Assembly: GCA_039630055.1 (NCBI GenBank)
Contig: JBCNVN010000012.1
Coordinates: forward strand, 1-38,755
Reading direction: 5' to 3'
DNA from: Candidatus Caldarchaeales archaeon
Lineage (GTDB): Archaea > Thermoproteota > Nitrososphaeria_A > Caldarchaeales > Wolframiiraptoraceae
DNA length: 38,755 nucleotides
Shown: positions 37,081-38,755 of the stretch, piece after piece
Numbering within the stretch: position 1 is the first letter of the stretch
Layout of the letters: each line of letters starts with the position of its first letter
Program-made: the position numbers and the translations under genes
The notes under the pieces: generated by a model
Database searches by the model: none
What the model was told of the DNA's origin: nothing
What the model saw: the letters and a program-made list of their open reading frames with translations, nothing else

Positions 37081-37515
37081 TACTCCGACAGCCGTCCCTA
37101 TTCGTCCAGTAGTTCTAGTTCTCTGACCTCTAACCTTTAAACCAAGTGAGTGTCTGATCCCACGCCAAGACTTTATCATCATCTCCCGCCTTATATCCTC
37201 TCTTATAGTAAATACTAGATCTGACTCGTAGACTTGTAGGTCTCTCCCAGATGAGGGGTCTTTCCTCCTATTCAGCATCCATGAGGGTATACCGAATCTT
37301 GCTGGATCTCTTGCAACCTCTTCTAGTCTCTGAAGCTCATGGTCTGTTAGAAGGCTAAGCCTCTTCTCTACATCGACCCCTGCAACCCTAGCTATAGCGT
37401 ATCCAAGCATTATACCTATCCCTCTAACCCTGGCAAGAGCGTAGGGGACCTTTAACGATCCATCTAGATCTGCTCCGAGAAATCTTACGATGTTCTTGAA
37501 ACCTCTTGAAGACAT
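37057..37515 (-). CDS. rps13: 30S ribosomal protein S13
   Basis: IVR..G.DLDG, PSWMLNRRKD, SWRGIRH..GLKVRGQRTRTTGR. Confidence 0.98.
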   Translation of the reverse strand: MSSRGFKNIVRFLGADLDGSLKVPYALARVRGIGIMLGYAIARVAGVDVEKRLSLLTDHELQRLEEVARDPARFGIPSWMLNRRKDPSSGRDLQVYESDLVFTIREDIRREMMIKSWRGIRHSLGLKVRGQRTRTTGRIGTAVGVSRKQASS

Positions 37516-37607
37516 CTACCACAATGTCGGAGAACCTATCTAATAAGTATTCAATCGGGTTTTCAGCATAGATTTCAGAGCCTATGCCTACGGTTTTCAA
37601 ACCCTTT

Positions 37608-38246
37608 CTAGATCGTTATGAACATGTTTAATATATGGGATAGAGAGTTGTGGAGGCTGTGGACTATTATTGCTGAGATGATGCTTCTACTCTTCGCTAT
37701 CAACCATCCAGCTGCCAATCCTACTGAGAATGGTGAAATAAAATTCCATGGATCTAGATGGGAGAATGCGAAGATTATGGCTGAAATTATGACTCCGACC
37801 ATGGTTCCTGAAACTTCTATTAGAGGTCTAAGTAATATCCATCTGAATAACAATTCTTCGACAGGGGCCACGAGAAACCAAGTTAGTAGGAGGGCGGCCA
37901 TTAGTTCGTAAAAGTCTGAGGGACTATGTTGTCTAATCTCTTCAAGATACCAGGCTGGTGGAGGATAAAACATATCTTGAATAAGTGTGAGGATGCTTCC
38001 TATAGCCCATGCAGCTAAGGCTAACAATAGTGTATGATGGAGTCGGATATCTCTAATCCTCTTTAACATGGTCTCTGAGACTTCTTTCTTTAAGCTTATG
38101 TAACCGATCGTTGGAGCAGCTAAGAGTAGATGGGTTACGATGGTAGACTCAACATATCCCTGAACCTCTATTGATCCTGAAAAGGATAATAAGAGCATCG
38201 AGATAGCCCACACGATCAAGGCTTCAGAGACACTATTCTTGAACAA
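37608..38246 (-). CDS. CPBP (CAAX/Abi) family intramembrane metalloprotease
   Basis: APVEELLFR, FAFSH, HSLHN motifs; multiple TM helices. Confidence 0.92.
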   Translation of the reverse strand: MFKNSVSEALIVWAISMLLLSFSGSIEVQGYVESTIVTHLLLAAPTIGYISLKKEVSETMLKRIRDIRLHHTLLLALAAWAIGSILTLIQDMFYPPPAWYLEEIRQHSPSDFYELMAALLLTWFLVAPVEELLFRWILLRPLIEVSGTMVGVIISAIIFAFSHLDPWNFISPFSVGLAAGWLIAKSRSIISAIIVHSLHNSLSHILNMFITI

Positions 38247-38544
38247 TTACTTCTCTAGCCCTCTTAATAGTTCCAACTACTCTTACTATTCTAAATGTGA
38301 TAGGTTTTCCATCAAACTCGGTAATAGATGAAATAGATAAGATTACTTCATTTAATGACTTGTTTAAGCATTCTATAATCAGTTTATCGTCAATCTGTTT
38401 TGTTATTCTTAATCCTGCTTTGACCAGTCCGAACTCTCCGAAGAGCTCTAGATGAGACTTCTCAATGATTTTCTTGACAGCTTCTAGTGGAAGGTTATCG
38501 GAGGCTTCAACTATGATGTACCGTTTCCTCCTCTTTCTAGGCAA
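38233..38544 (-). CDS. rnp2: RNase P protein Pop5/Rpp14
   Basis: RKRYI, LFGEFG, VVGTIKRA. Confidence 0.92.
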   Translation of the reverse strand: MPRKRRKRYIIVEASDNLPLEAVKKIIEKSHLELFGEFGLVKAGLRITKQIDDKLIIECLNKSLNEVILSISSITEFDGKPITFRIVRVVGTIKRAREVIVQE

Positions 38545-38755
38545 TCTTCACAACACCTCTACTAATATAATCTGGTGATAATTTTACTAGATTTGACTCA
38601 ATTATCTTCATCGGTATACTTGATACAGAATCTAATGTATACTTTTTATCGAAGCCTAGGACACTCAGTAGGGAAGCCATCTCGTATGGGCTACGTAGCT
38701 CTGAAGGCTTAGAAGCTGAAGATGATAAGATTAAGTCAACTTTTCCAGCTAGATA
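38537..38755 (-). CDS. rnp3: RNase P protein Rpp30, 3' part (gene starts beyond the window)
   Basis: Manual translation: YLAGKVDLILSSSASKPSELRSPYEMASLLSVLGF...VSSIP..I..N..K...YISRGVVKIA*; directly upstream of rnp2. Confidence 0.85.
   Translation of the reverse strand, partial: YLAGKVDLILSSSASKPSELRSPYEMASLLSVLGFDKKYTLDSVSSIPMKIIESNLVKLSPDYISRGVVKIA

Noticed and set aside
450-37911. Many 60-170 aa ORFs antisense to or nested in recognised genes (e.g. 2260-2763, 11973-12386, 21544-21957, 26115-26471)
   Set aside because: Shadow ORFs of well-supported genes, with no recognisable motifs.

Overview
Archaeal chromosomal DNA, mostly housekeeping. The gene set (CdvB-type ESCRT-III, split MetE, intron-containing tRNA, Csl4/RpoL/TFS, CarS) suggests a TACK-group, probably thermophilic lineage; this is inference. 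Contents in order: a partial radical-SAM-like gene, top6B, argG, argH, a damaged hydantoinase/oxoprolinase + Opp transporter + Xaa-Pro peptidase + cupin island, carS, ESCRT-III, EndoV, dph2-csl4-rpoL-tfs, tRNA-Arg(TCG) with a 22-nt intron, nadE, an EVE protein, a GT-C/TIM-barrel fusion, a ureohydrolase, rnhB-NTPase, the HMG-CoA synthase-thiolase-DUF35 cluster, hemBLCD and hemA, an Lrp regulator, a secreted-protein cassette, split metE, rps13, a CPBP protease and RNase P proteins. The main oddities are: (1) a back-to-back fusion of two 5'-truncated genes at ~7110 with decay of the orphaned genes; (2) a mevalonate-cluster thiolase lacking both its catalytic Cys and its HD-motif His; (3) a ~1.07-kb secreted-protein cassette bracketed from start codon to stop codon by 12-bp inverted repeats, a possible invertible segment; (4) a GT-C glycosyltransferase fused to a glycosidase-like barrel; (5) a concentric degenerate palindrome between hemB and hemA; (6) strong CTAG enrichment. 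No CRISPR array, rRNA, transposase or integrase was seen. All calls were made by eye without database searches.
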